Of a DNA stretch of 64,000 nucleotides, positions 1 through 8,345 are shown one piece after another. The stretch comes from an uncultured virus (IMG/VR IMGVR_UViG_3300017978_000189) (taxonomy: Duplodnaviria; Heunggongvirae; Uroviricota; Caudoviricetes): IMG/VR virus record IMGVR_UViG_3300017978_000189; one strand, given 5' to 3'. The notes under the pieces are model-generated. The model had not been told where the DNA came from, searched no databases, and was given only the letters and a program-made list of their open reading frames with translations. A program made the translations under genes and the position numbers. Numbering within the stretch: the stretch's first letter is position 1; each line of letters begins with the position of its first letter.

Positions 1-541
1 ATGTTTCTCCACCGATTGGGCGTGAGCATGGGCACAACTCGCCAGTTTGCAATGCATCTAGTACACGCAATGCTTCGTCTGGGTTACGACCAACGTCCAA
101 GTTGTTGACTGTAACGTGCTGGATAACGTTCTCTGGGTCAACAATGAATGTTGCACGAAGTGCTGCACCTGCTGGACCATAGAAGATACCAAGTTGTTCT
201 GCCAATGACATTTCATCACGTGCTACGTCTGCGAATGACCACGAGTTAGTCTTCTTCAAGTCTTCGTGTGCGTTACGCCATGCCAACTTACAGAATTCAT
301 TATCAGTAGAGCCAATCATTAGAACAGCATCGCGGTCTGCGAAGTCGCCATTCAATTTGTCGTATGCTACGATTTCAGTTGGGCACACGAATGTGAAGTC
401 CTTTGGGTAGTAAACAATTACTTTCCACTTGCCTTCAAAACTCTTTTCAGTAATTGTTTCGAATGCGCCATCTGGTGTGAGTGCGCCTGGCTTAACGCCT
501 GTGACTGCAAAACTTGTGATTTTATCGCCGATTGTTTTCAT
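1..541 (-). CDS. ahpC: Peroxiredoxin (alkyl hydroperoxide reductase C); 3' end runs off the window edge
   Basis: Not in the ORF track. Manual translation: MKTIGDKITSFAVTGVKPG...YYPKDFTFVCPTEI...RATFIVDPENVIQH...GRNPDEALRVLDALQTGELCPCSRPIGGET. Peroxidatic FTFVCPTE motif and resolving GELCP motif; AAGGA SD upstream. Confidence 0.95.
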   Translation of the reverse strand, partial: MKTIGDKITSFAVTGVKPGALTPDGAFETITEKSFEGKWKVIVYYPKDFTFVCPTEIVAYDKLNGDFADRDAVLMIGSTDNEFCKLAWRNAHEDLKKTNSWSFADVARDEMSLAEQLGIFYGPAGAALRATFIVDPENVIQHVTVNNLDVGRNPDEALRVLDALQTGELCPCSRPIGGET

Positions 542-565
542 TTTAATTTCCTTTATGTTAATGAA

Positions 566-931
566 TTATTTTCTTTGTGACTTGCAATTAGGGCATATCA
601 ACATTAGATTATCTTCTTTGTTGTTGTAACTGTCACCATCTTTATAGATTACATCTAATGGGATAGCTAGACCGTTATGATGTGTGTTATCACATTCCTG
701 GCAACGATGTTCTCTTTGATTAATCAAGTACTGTCTTACCCACTCGGGAATCTTTGCCCACGCTTGTGGCGTAGCTGATTCTTTCCATTTCTGAACATTC
801 TCAAACGCCTTGTTTCTGCGTTGGTGTTCTTGTTGGCAACTATTATTACAGTACTTGTTAGTGTATGAGTGACCTTTGATAGGATTAACTTTTCCACAGT
901 TTAAACAAGTAAAACAACCTAAATTTGACAT
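566..931 (-). CDS. Zinc-binding protein with degenerate HNH domain
   Basis: CxxC...CxxxC N-terminus; C-terminal CxxC...DGD..NN..NL..ICPNC HNH pattern, but the usual His positions read IY and CK. Confidence 0.7.
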   Translation of the reverse strand: MSNLGCFTCLNCGKVNPIKGHSYTNKYCNNSCQQEHQRRNKAFENVQKWKESATPQAWAKIPEWVRQYLINQREHRCQECDNTHHNGLAIPLDVIYKDGDSYNNKEDNLMLICPNCKSQRK

Positions 932-998
932 TTCCTTCTTTCTACTAGAGCACTTGAGTAGAGCACTCAGAACATTTACTTAGTGCTCTATGAGATAC

Positions 999-1027
999 AT
1001 TATATACGTATATATTAGGTTATGCAA
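999..1027 (-). promoter_or_regulatory. Sigma70-type (early) promoter
   Basis: TTGCAT-N17-TATAAT on the minus strand upstream of 566..931. Confidence 0.7.
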
Positions 1028-1028
1028 C

Positions 1029-1051
1029 AAAAAAGGGCACCTATGTGCCCT
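1029..1051 (-). terminator. Intrinsic terminator
   Basis: GGGCAC-ATAG-GTGCCC followed by T6, just after the 1055..1363 stop. Confidence 0.8.
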
Positions 1052-1054
1052 AAA

Positions 1055-1363
1055 TTATTCATCAATGTCTGTTGACGGAAGTCCGTTTGAATGTCTATCA
1101 GTAGTCTTATCTACATCTTGGTACAAACGTTTTTCTTGCGCTGTTAATTTGTCTTTGTGAGTTTTGCGTGGGTTACCACATAGATAGCACTTTGGATTAC
1201 CGCAATCCATAGCATGTCGTTTTGCTAAACGGTGTGGTTGTCTAGCAACTTTAGAAGTGTCATGTGACAAACTTTGTCTGGCAATCTTCACTTGTCTAGC
1301 AATGTGAACGTCCGTTTTGTGACGGCGTTGGCTGTTGATAAATTTAGCGATTTCGTTACTCAT
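1055..1363 (-). CDS. Small basic hypothetical protein with CxxxxCxxC-GNPR motif
   Basis: 102-aa ORF preceded by TTGCAA-N16-TATACT ending 6 nt before the ATG, and followed by a terminator. Confidence 0.75.
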   Translation of the reverse strand: MSNEIAKFINSQRRHKTDVHIARQVKIARQSLSHDTSKVARQPHRLAKRHAMDCGNPKCYLCGNPRKTHKDKLTAQEKRLYQDVDKTTDRHSNGLPSTDIDE

Positions 1364-1406
1364 AGTGCTAGTATATAGTATTCTAGGACTATTGCAACAA
1401 AAAAGG

Positions 1407-1541
1407 CTACCTACACTGACATGTTCCTATACGTTTCTTGTCACAGTTAGGGCAACCTCGTGAGCAAGTTCTAATTAAAAAAATTGTCTCGTACTTGCTA
1501 GGCTTGTCGTCAGAATGTTCTTTGGGTTTTGTTAGTTGCAT
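1407..1541 (-). CDS. 44-aa Cys-rich hypothetical protein
   Basis: Manual: MQLTKPKEHSDDKPSKYETIFLIRTCSRGCPNCDKKRIGTCQCR; GGAG SD 5 nt upstream. Confidence 0.5.
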   Translation of the reverse strand: MQLTKPKEHSDDKPSKYETIFLIRTCSRGCPNCDKKRIGTCQCR

Positions 1542-1590
1542 ATTAGCTCCATACATATACAACGCCTTTGCCTTACATTACGTTGACAAA

Positions 1591-1616
1591 GAAAAAGGCT
1601 CCGAAGAGCCTTTTCT
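1591..1616 (-). terminator. Intrinsic terminator of the tmRNA (possibly bidirectional)
   Basis: AAAAGGCTC-TTCG-GAGCCTTTTT; cUUCGg tetraloop. Confidence 0.85.
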
Positions 1617-1990
1617 GAGTTTCTGTTGCGAGGTATGTCTTACCCCAAGCAGTGTTTAGGCTGCTAATGCGTAAACTGAATCGTTTGCATTTATAGGTTT
1701 TGCTTCTACGACCGGGAAATACTGATATCATATTGACATGACATTACTGTACTCTTACCCCCAATCCTACGGGTTTCACATTCCCGTGCTGTCCACTTAC
1801 TTACTTGTTGCCCTGTCGAAACCATGACAGGCCCATTATAAAACACACTATGTGGAATCGAACCACTGACCCTTTCACTCCGAAGAGACCGTGCAATACG
1901 CTTAGTCGCCGACTAGTATGCTTTATGGTGGACCTGGCGGGAGTCGAACCCGCGTCCAGAACACTTTTCTATCCGCTTCATACAGCAATA
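1617..1990 (-). ncRNA. ssrA: Circularly permuted (two-piece) tmRNA gene
   Basis: Acceptor piece GGACGCGGGTTCGACTCCCGCCAGGTCCACCA ends at 1926 and lies upstream of the coding-piece 5' end GGGCCTGTCATGGTTTCGAC starting at 1834. GGGCCTG pairs with CAGGTCC, giving G3:U70. Tag ORF 1688-1656 reads ANDSVYALAA*. Outer boundaries are approximate. Confidence 0.93.
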
Positions 1991-1991
1991 A

Positions 1992-2087
1992 TCATTCACC
2001 GTCAGGAAATTGCTTCTTCCAATCCATTATCCAATAGATGGCTCCACCAACTAATCCTGCGATGACTATCCAAAATAAGTACGTCAT
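1992..2087 (-). CDS. 31-aa single-pass membrane microprotein
   Basis: Manual: MTYLFWIVIAGLVGGAIYWIMDWKKQFPDGE; AATAAATA motif 5 nt before the ATG. Confidence 0.6.
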   Translation of the reverse strand: MTYLFWIVIAGLVGGAIYWIMDWKKQFPDGE

Positions 2088-2091
2088 GTAC

Positions 2092-3828
2092 TTATTTATT
2101 GAATTTCTCTCTTAACCATGCCCAATCATAGGATAATTTGAGTTTTTCAAAGTCTCCGTTGACTGATTCATAGTATTCTACTGCATCCTTAGCACCCTGT
2201 AAACAACTTTGGGCAAACGGTCCAGAAGCAACAGTTGTCCATATATGTAAACGTTCTTTAGATTGTTCGTCGGTTGCGTTACACAGCTTAATACATTCTC
2301 TAAAGCTAGTGCGCCATATATCCCATTCACTGTTAAACACAGCTTCGCCAGACAATATATCTACAACTTCATGGGCTCTTTCCATTGTAAAGTCAAGTCC
2401 ATTACCCGTAGTCTCTAGTGTAAGTTTCTTATTGTTAGCGACCATAGCCATGTGACCATAGACTAATCCGTTGATAGGATTCTTTGCTCTAAAGATATAA
2501 TGTCTACGTGACTTCATAATGTCGGGTTGCCAACTAAAGTCAAATGATTCGTCAACTCTTAACTTTGCATTGACTAAGAAGTACCACGGTGTTTCGCTGC
2601 TATTCGCTGCGGCATGTTGACTAGCTACACGACCGTTAACTCCATCAACTCTTACTAAACGATTAGGTAAGTTCATATCAACTAAACGTTGATAGTTTTC
2701 TTCTGCACAAGTTTCTCCGTTACTAAAGAAGATAATGTCTAGTGGCTTTTCATATGTACCGCAATCATGCTTAATATAAGGATAATCTGTCAACTTGTCA
2801 TATAAAGTATGTTTGATTCCTTTTGGAACAATTGCTGCGTTGTTGTCTATGATATGAATATATTGTTTTTCATTCTCATAGTTAGGGATAAACATCTTGT
2901 AGTCTGTTGGATGCTGGCTATTCTGAAAATGTACATATCCTGTATCAAATCGATGTTCCATAACTGCATCATAGATAGAATCTACAAATGATACTTTATC
3001 GACTAAGAGTTTTGCGTTAATGTCTGTAATGTGTTTCACAGAACTTGCTCCGGAAACTTTATACATTACTGTTGGCATAATCTTACTTGAATGATACTCG
3101 TTACCAAAGATATATCTGTATGGTTCTTCTGTATCATCAGGATGCCAAGAAAAATCAAAACTCTCTATATCAATGGGTTCGATTATTCTCCAATTGCGAT
3201 TATCTTTATTGGGTAGTTTAGTTGCACGTTGGACATCTGAGTATTTCACTACGGTCGCATTTTCAGCCTTATACTTGGGACCGCCGTTCTTTTGCCATTG
3301 AGTGCCGAACTGCCAGATGAATGGTGGTTCATCAGGATGCGGTTCCCAGCTGTAGTCAAAGTCTCCAATGTCGTCCGGCACGACCCATCTGTCTCCGGTG
3401 GGTAAAAGTCTCGCACGGACATCTTCCACGTACTTTTTCTCAGTAGCACCTTTAACACGGTACTGAATCGTAGGCATAGTGTGGACATCATACCACTGAT
3501 TGCCGAAAACATAGATATAGGGAGGATCATTATCATCAGGATGCCAAGAATAATCAAAGCTAACATTTGGTTTAAGGTTCCGCCACGCTCTACTAGATTC
3601 GTCCCGTAGTCTAATAGCGTGTTGATGTGATTGATACTTGATTCCTTCATTCTCTGGAATAATGAATCGTGGACCTCCGGTCTTTTGCCATTGAGTACCA
3701 AATTGGTGGATATAGGGTCTATCATAAGGATCAGGTCTCCAATTAAAATCGAAGTGAGTGGTATCAAGGTTATCAGGAACTTCCCAATAACCTTGTTTAA
3801 ATAATTCTATTCTACGTTGAATATCCAT
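2092..3828 (-). CDS. Putative glycosyltransferase-like protein with four N-terminal Trp/Pro repeats
   Basis: Four FD(F/Y)xWxP...P(Y/F)...FG repeats; the C-terminal domain (LDIIFFS...RVDGVNG...HAAA...NPINGLVYG) is paralogous to 14699..15646. Confidence 0.6.
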   Translation of the reverse strand: MDIQRRIELFKQGYWEVPDNLDTTHFDFNWRPDPYDRPYIHQFGTQWQKTGGPRFIIPENEGIKYQSHQHAIRLRDESSRAWRNLKPNVSFDYSWHPDDNDPPYIYVFGNQWYDVHTMPTIQYRVKGATEKKYVEDVRARLLPTGDRWVVPDDIGDFDYSWEPHPDEPPFIWQFGTQWQKNGGPKYKAENATVVKYSDVQRATKLPNKDNRNWRIIEPIDIESFDFSWHPDDTEEPYRYIFGNEYHSSKIMPTVMYKVSGASSVKHITDINAKLLVDKVSFVDSIYDAVMEHRFDTGYVHFQNSQHPTDYKMFIPNYENEKQYIHIIDNNAAIVPKGIKHTLYDKLTDYPYIKHDCGTYEKPLDIIFFSNGETCAEENYQRLVDMNLPNRLVRVDGVNGRVASQHAAANSSETPWYFLVNAKLRVDESFDFSWQPDIMKSRRHYIFRAKNPINGLVYGHMAMVANNKKLTLETTGNGLDFTMERAHEVVDILSGEAVFNSEWDIWRTSFRECIKLCNATDEQSKERLHIWTTVASGPFAQSCLQGAKDAVEYYESVNGDFEKLKLSYDWAWLREKFNK

Positions 3829-5318
3829 TAGCTACAAACTTTCACTCCGTACATAGTTTCAAATCTATCTGCATCATATCTATCGTTAACCATTGGCTCA
3901 CCTCTAATGTTCAAACTTGTGTTAAGTAACATAGGACAGCCCGTTTCTTTATACCATGCTTCTAAGAGTTTTCTTATTCCCGATCCGTCGTTCGGGACAG
4001 TTTGGACACGACTAGTCCCGTCATGATGAACGATAGCAGGAAATAAGTCAGGATGCCTGCAAGTACTGACGACTTGCATATACCGACTGTTATCCCAATT
4101 ACTAGGCATGATAAAATGCTGATGAACCAACTCTTCCAGAATAACTGGCGCAAAGGGTCTATATTGTTGTCTACGTTTAATGTCATTTACTTTTTCCTTG
4201 ATTTCTTTTCTTCTGGGGTCAGCAAGTAACGAGCGGTTTCCAAGACTCCTAGGTCCGAATTCGGCTCGCCCGGAAGCCACTCCCACAATTTGTGTAGTAA
4301 GCAACTCATTAAGTAAGTCATCAACAGGATAATCACCATGAATATCAAACCCAAGATAACTATTGTTCCAGTTAACTTTACCCCCATAAGCCAGACAGGC
4401 AGCGCCAAGGCTACTCCCAGCATCACCGGGATTAGGCATAATCCATATTTGTTCAAAGTATTTCCCTAAGTTTCTGTTAGCAAGACAATTTAATGCTACT
4501 CCACCACTATATACTAGGTTCTTGCTCTTACCTAATAGTCTAGCTTTTAATATTACTTTGTCAATCAAATGCTCAACTACCAGTTGACTAGAATTAGCAA
4601 TATCCATAATATCTGCACCCTCTAGATAATCATCAGGTACACCAACATGCAAGTTCTCTCTAAACTTTAATTCTACTGCATCTTCGATAAAGTCGCTATA
4701 CATTTTGGATGCATGTGTTGGGTTGCCATAAGCACTCATACCCATTAAGATATATTCTTCATCTAGGGGCTTGAGTCCTACACGTTTAGTCATAGCACTA
4801 TAGAACAATCCAATTGAATCAGGATATGTCTGACTATATATCTTCTTGTACTGTGCGATGCCATTAACGTATGTAGCATCCCATATAGTGATAGTTTCAA
4901 ACTCTCCGATACTATCAATCACTACTACAGTTGCATCATCGTAGGGGCTAGTTTGAAACCCTGATGCCGCATGAGTCTTGTGATGGTCATGCGTGTGTAG
5001 AGTACGATACTTACCGTTACGTAACAGTTTGGTATTCTTTAATCCAATATTCATACAAGTGAACATTGAAGATAGTGAGGGTTTCTCCCCTGCACGTAGT
5101 CTACGCAAGAACTTCTTTACTGGTCTTTCATAGAAGTGAAGTTCATAGTCACTACCTGCGTGTTTCAATGCTTCTTGTATTAAACCTTCACACAACTCTT
5201 TGTCGTGCTTGATTTTACTATGACGTTCTGAATGGTCAGCAAATAGTACTTCACCCTTGTCACTGACGACGGATATTGCGGCATCGTGAAACCCGCAACT
5301 GATACCAATATAATTCAT
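3828..5318 (-). CDS. Carbamoyltransferase (NodU/CmcH family)
   Basis: HDAA, HHKTHAAS, GGVALNC, GDAG, RAEFGPRSLGNRSLL, RPFAP, DGTSRVQTV and LNTSLN motifs. Confidence 0.93.
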   Translation of the reverse strand: MNYIGISCGFHDAAISVVSDKGEVLFADHSERHSKIKHDKELCEGLIQEALKHAGSDYELHFYERPVKKFLRRLRAGEKPSLSSMFTCMNIGLKNTKLLRNGKYRTLHTHDHHKTHAASGFQTSPYDDATVVVIDSIGEFETITIWDATYVNGIAQYKKIYSQTYPDSIGLFYSAMTKRVGLKPLDEEYILMGMSAYGNPTHASKMYSDFIEDAVELKFRENLHVGVPDDYLEGADIMDIANSSQLVVEHLIDKVILKARLLGKSKNLVYSGGVALNCLANRNLGKYFEQIWIMPNPGDAGSSLGAACLAYGGKVNWNNSYLGFDIHGDYPVDDLLNELLTTQIVGVASGRAEFGPRSLGNRSLLADPRRKEIKEKVNDIKRRQQYRPFAPVILEELVHQHFIMPSNWDNSRYMQVVSTCRHPDLFPAIVHHDGTSRVQTVPNDGSGIRKLLEAWYKETGCPMLLNTSLNIRGEPMVNDRYDADRFETMYGVKVCS

Positions 5319-5319
5319 A

Positions 5320-5424
5320 TTAATAGATAAAGGGATCTCGTCCCCGTAACTCTTTCAAGCGTTTACGATATCGGTACTCTTTTATCAATTTCCCGATTGT
5401 TAAATCGTATAGTTTTTTAAACAT
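5320..5424 (-). CDS. 34-aa basic protein ending DPFIY
   Basis: Manual: MFKKLYDLTIGKLIKEYRYRKRLKELRGRDPFIY; exactly fills the gap between neighbours. Confidence 0.7.
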   Translation of the reverse strand: MFKKLYDLTIGKLIKEYRYRKRLKELRGRDPFIY

Positions 5425-5963
5425 TATTCAAAATACTTTTGTGGATATTCTACAATAACGTGAACTCCACCTTGATTATACGCATTAATATAAGTTTCGT
5501 AAATGTTTTCGGACGTTTGTAAGTCATGGAATGTAATGTTCTTACACATAGACTTAAACTCATCCAAATAACTATTCTTGTGTTGTACGCCCGGATCTAA
5601 CGGGGTGTCAGAACCTTTACCCAAACGAACAATGACATTAGCTTGTTTACCAGTCATTGATTCATACTTGTCTAAGTGATTAACCATTTGATTAGTTGCT
5701 GAGATAATAAAGTCCCAACGTGGGTAAAAGCTAATAACAGTCTTACCCACCATTGCTAATCCCAGACTCATACCCATTTGTGTTTCTTCCATGACGGGTA
5801 ATTCAATCATCTTGTCTTTAGAAACCTCAGTAAGTGTAGTACTCATAGGGTTTCCTGCATAGACAATCTGTTGTCCAATAAAGATTGTGTTATCTTGTTG
5901 TCCCAAGAACGTCATTGCTCGTGTCAATTCGTCCTTGTACAGGGTAGTTTGTGGTTTACTCAT
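5424..5963 (-). CDS. TPP-dependent E1 beta / transketolase pyrimidine-binding domain protein (no C-terminal domain)
   Basis: IFIGQ, IELPVMEETQMGMSLGLA, DFIISATNQMVN and GVQH motifs. Confidence 0.85.
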   Translation of the reverse strand: MSKPQTTLYKDELTRAMTFLGQQDNTIFIGQQIVYAGNPMSTTLTEVSKDKMIELPVMEETQMGMSLGLAMVGKTVISFYPRWDFIISATNQMVNHLDKYESMTGKQANVIVRLGKGSDTPLDPGVQHKNSYLDEFKSMCKNITFHDLQTSENIYETYINAYNQGGVHVIVEYPQKYFE

Positions 5964-6421
5964 GGTGTTGATGGCTTGTTATCTTTAGATACGTCACGAT
6001 TCCAACTGATTTCCCAGTCTTTAAAGTCTGCGGCTAAGCAGTCTACTTTATAATCTTTACGTCCACCAATAACTTCTTGGATAATGTTCTTACTAGTATT
6101 ACGAATACCGTTCAACCCGTGTGTTAATTCTAAGTTGTTTCCATCTTTGATACCACGACGGTAATTACTCTCGTTGTGCCAGATATGTAAGTTCATCTGT
6201 GAGCATACAATAATAGCACGGATAGTTTCAGCATCTAATACTGCGTCAGATTCGTCTAGGATAATCTGAATATCATGTACGATATCGCTAATCTCCTGTG
6301 CATACATCTCTTTATGCTCTGAAATAAACACTTCTTTTAATTGAACGATTGAAAGACGGTCAATCAATTCGCTCAATGTCTGAATGTATCTACGTTGTTT
6401 TGGTTGTTTGTTTTTGCTCAT
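5960..6421 (-). CDS. Hypothetical helical protein (DUF4254-like motif)
   Basis: TLSELIDRLSIVQLKE and N..IWH.E motifs; overlaps both neighbours. Confidence 0.6.
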   Translation of the reverse strand: MSKNKQPKQRRYIQTLSELIDRLSIVQLKEVFISEHKEMYAQEISDIVHDIQIILDESDAVLDAETIRAIIVCSQMNLHIWHNESNYRRGIKDGNNLELTHGLNGIRNTSKNIIQEVIGGRKDYKVDCLAADFKDWEISWNRDVSKDNKPSTP

Positions 6422-7356
6422 AGGTTTGTGAAATTTGTGTTGTTTACTGTTGTGATTAACTGATAGCTTTCAATTAGTTGCTTGACCCCATAATCAATAT
6501 CAAATCTAGGACTCCATCCCAAACTCTCTAATTTCTCGTTAGAGACAATATAATTACGCTGGTCAAAGTCTTTATTAAATTCATCCTCTTTAATAACTAA
6601 TTTTGGAATATACTTCTTAATCGTCTGAGCTAACTCAAGTTTGCTCAAGTTAGCACTAGATAGTCCCACATTATATACTTCACCTCTACACTGTTCATAG
6701 TTTTCAATGATGAACTGAAAGGTTCTAGCAATATCCTGTACATGTATATAGTTACGCTTGAAGTGACCCTCAAATAAAACTAGATAACCATCTGTCACTG
6801 CTTTGTAAGTAAAGTCGTTTACCAGTAAGTCTTGACGCATTCTTGGGCTTACTCCGAATACAGTAGCTAATCTTAACACAACGCCGTTACCCTTTTGTAG
6901 TACACAGGCTTCTGCGTTGCACTTTGTTTCAGCATATAAACTTAATGGTTTAAATGGTGATTCTTCTGTGATAACGTCAGGGCTAGAGCCATACTGACTA
7001 TTAGTGTTAGGGATGATTAGTTTCTGGTCATCACGCAATACGTCTACAATGTTCTTAATGTGAATATAGTTAACGTCAATAGCTAGTTGAGGGTTATCTC
7101 TACACGCGGGCATACCCACGATAGCTGCTAAGGGGATAATAACGTCATGCTGTTCTACTAGTTTCTGCAACATTGTAGTGTTTCTAACGTCACCCTTAAT
7201 GAACTTAAACTTATCACGTTTGAACAAGTGTAGTACTGACAATTGCTTGTACATTAGATTGTCTAAAATCGTGACTTCGTATCCATTAATTAATAGATAT
7301 TCTGCTAGTGTGGAGCCAAGATATCCTGCTCCCCCGGTAATTAAAACTTTACTCAT
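6418..7356 (-). CDS. NAD-dependent nucleotide-sugar epimerase/reductase (extended SDR)
   Basis: TGGAGYLG, LAAIVG, YAETK (YxxxK) and RLATVFG motifs. Confidence 0.9.
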   Translation of the reverse strand: MSKVLITGGAGYLGSTLAEYLLINGYEVTILDNLMYKQLSVLHLFKRDKFKFIKGDVRNTTMLQKLVEQHDVIIPLAAIVGMPACRDNPQLAIDVNYIHIKNIVDVLRDDQKLIIPNTNSQYGSSPDVITEESPFKPLSLYAETKCNAEACVLQKGNGVVLRLATVFGVSPRMRQDLLVNDFTYKAVTDGYLVLFEGHFKRNYIHVQDIARTFQFIIENYEQCRGEVYNVGLSSANLSKLELAQTIKKYIPKLVIKEDEFNKDFDQRNYIVSNEKLESLGWSPRFDIDYGVKQLIESYQLITTVNNTNFTNL

Positions 7357-8345
7357 GGCTTAGAATTAGGATCAAATTGGTCTTTGTGTGAGCGATACCA
7401 TTCAATAGTATCTTTCAATGCTTCTTTAATCTCACGCTTTGGCTTCCAGCCCAATTGTTTTAATTTCTCATTAGAAACTAATCGAACAGGAATCATGGGC
7501 GCTCTGTTATTCACGTATTCAATTGGGTTAGTGTTATTATCTGCTTCTTTCATCCACTCAAGCAATTGATTCACACTGAAACCTTCTCCGTAACTAACGT
7601 TATAGATATCGTATTTGTCAACGTGTTCTGCAACATAGACAATACCACCAGCCATATCGTCGGCATGAAGTACGTCACGAATTTCAGTACCGTCACCCCA
7701 TACTGGGATGGGGTTTAATCCGTCTGCCACTTTGCGAATATTTGCAGGGGTAACGTGACATTTTTCAAAGTCATACTTGTCATTAGGTCCGAACGCATTG
7801 CTAGGACGAATGATAATACACTGCATCGGGTCATGAATTTGATTACTAAAGAAATCGCACATCATTTCTCCAAATCTTTTCATAGCCCCAACTGCTTTAT
7901 ATACAGGAACTAGGGGCATATTCATAAAGTTTGGATCTTCTACAGCATAAACTTCACCCAAGTCTCCGTTAACGTTAGCTGTACTAATAAAGATAAACTT
8001 GCGTACTTTATTAATCCAAGATTGTTCCATTAAAATAGTGTTCATTGTCACGTTAGGAGTGACATGTAGTAATGGATTAAACTTAGTATCTAGTGCATTG
8101 CTTGTGTTAGCTGCACCATGAATTACAACATCGATGCCCTCAGTGAGGCTCTTGCAAAATGCCTCACTGTTTAAATCACCCTTAACTAGTTTAATAGTTT
8201 CACAACCGGGAAAATCGTTTCGCAAGTCACGAGTCATTGAATTTGCTACTAGGTTCGTAAAACCTTGCTGATATAACACACGCAATATGTTGGATCCAAT
8301 AAATCCACTTGCACCTGTTACTAATATTCTGTCTGTCTTTTTCAT
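7353..8345 (-). CDS. GDP-fucose synthase-like NDP-sugar epimerase/reductase
   Basis: TGASGFIG, RPSNAFGPND, HVTPA and VWGDGTEIRD motifs. Confidence 0.85.
   Translation of the reverse strand: MKKTDRILVTGASGFIGSNILRVLYQQGFTNLVANSMTRDLRNDFPGCETIKLVKGDLNSEAFCKSLTEGIDVVIHGAANTSNALDTKFNPLLHVTPNVTMNTILMEQSWINKVRKFIFISTANVNGDLGEVYAVEDPNFMNMPLVPVYKAVGAMKRFGEMMCDFFSNQIHDPMQCIIIRPSNAFGPNDKYDFEKCHVTPANIRKVADGLNPIPVWGDGTEIRDVLHADDMAGGIVYVAEHVDKYDIYNVSYGEGFSVNQLLEWMKEADNNTNPIEYVNNRAPMIPVRLVSNEKLKQLGWKPKREIKEALKDTIEWYRSHKDQFDPNSKP

Noticed and set aside
429..629. 66-aa plus-strand ORF
   Set aside because: Antisense to ahpC and the HNH-like gene.
1926..1960. Stand-alone tRNA gene or integration-site (att) remnant
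   Set aside because: No D or anticodon arm; it pairs with the 5' half at 1834 as the tmRNA acceptor piece, and no integrase is in the window.
1805..2065. 86-aa plus-strand ORF
   Set aside because: Antisense to the tmRNA; VDLAGVEPAS is the typical reverse translation of a tmRNA 3' end.
3249..3767. 172-aa alternative-frame ORF inside 2092..3828
   Set aside because: Fully nested, with no motif or initiation signal; likely incidental.
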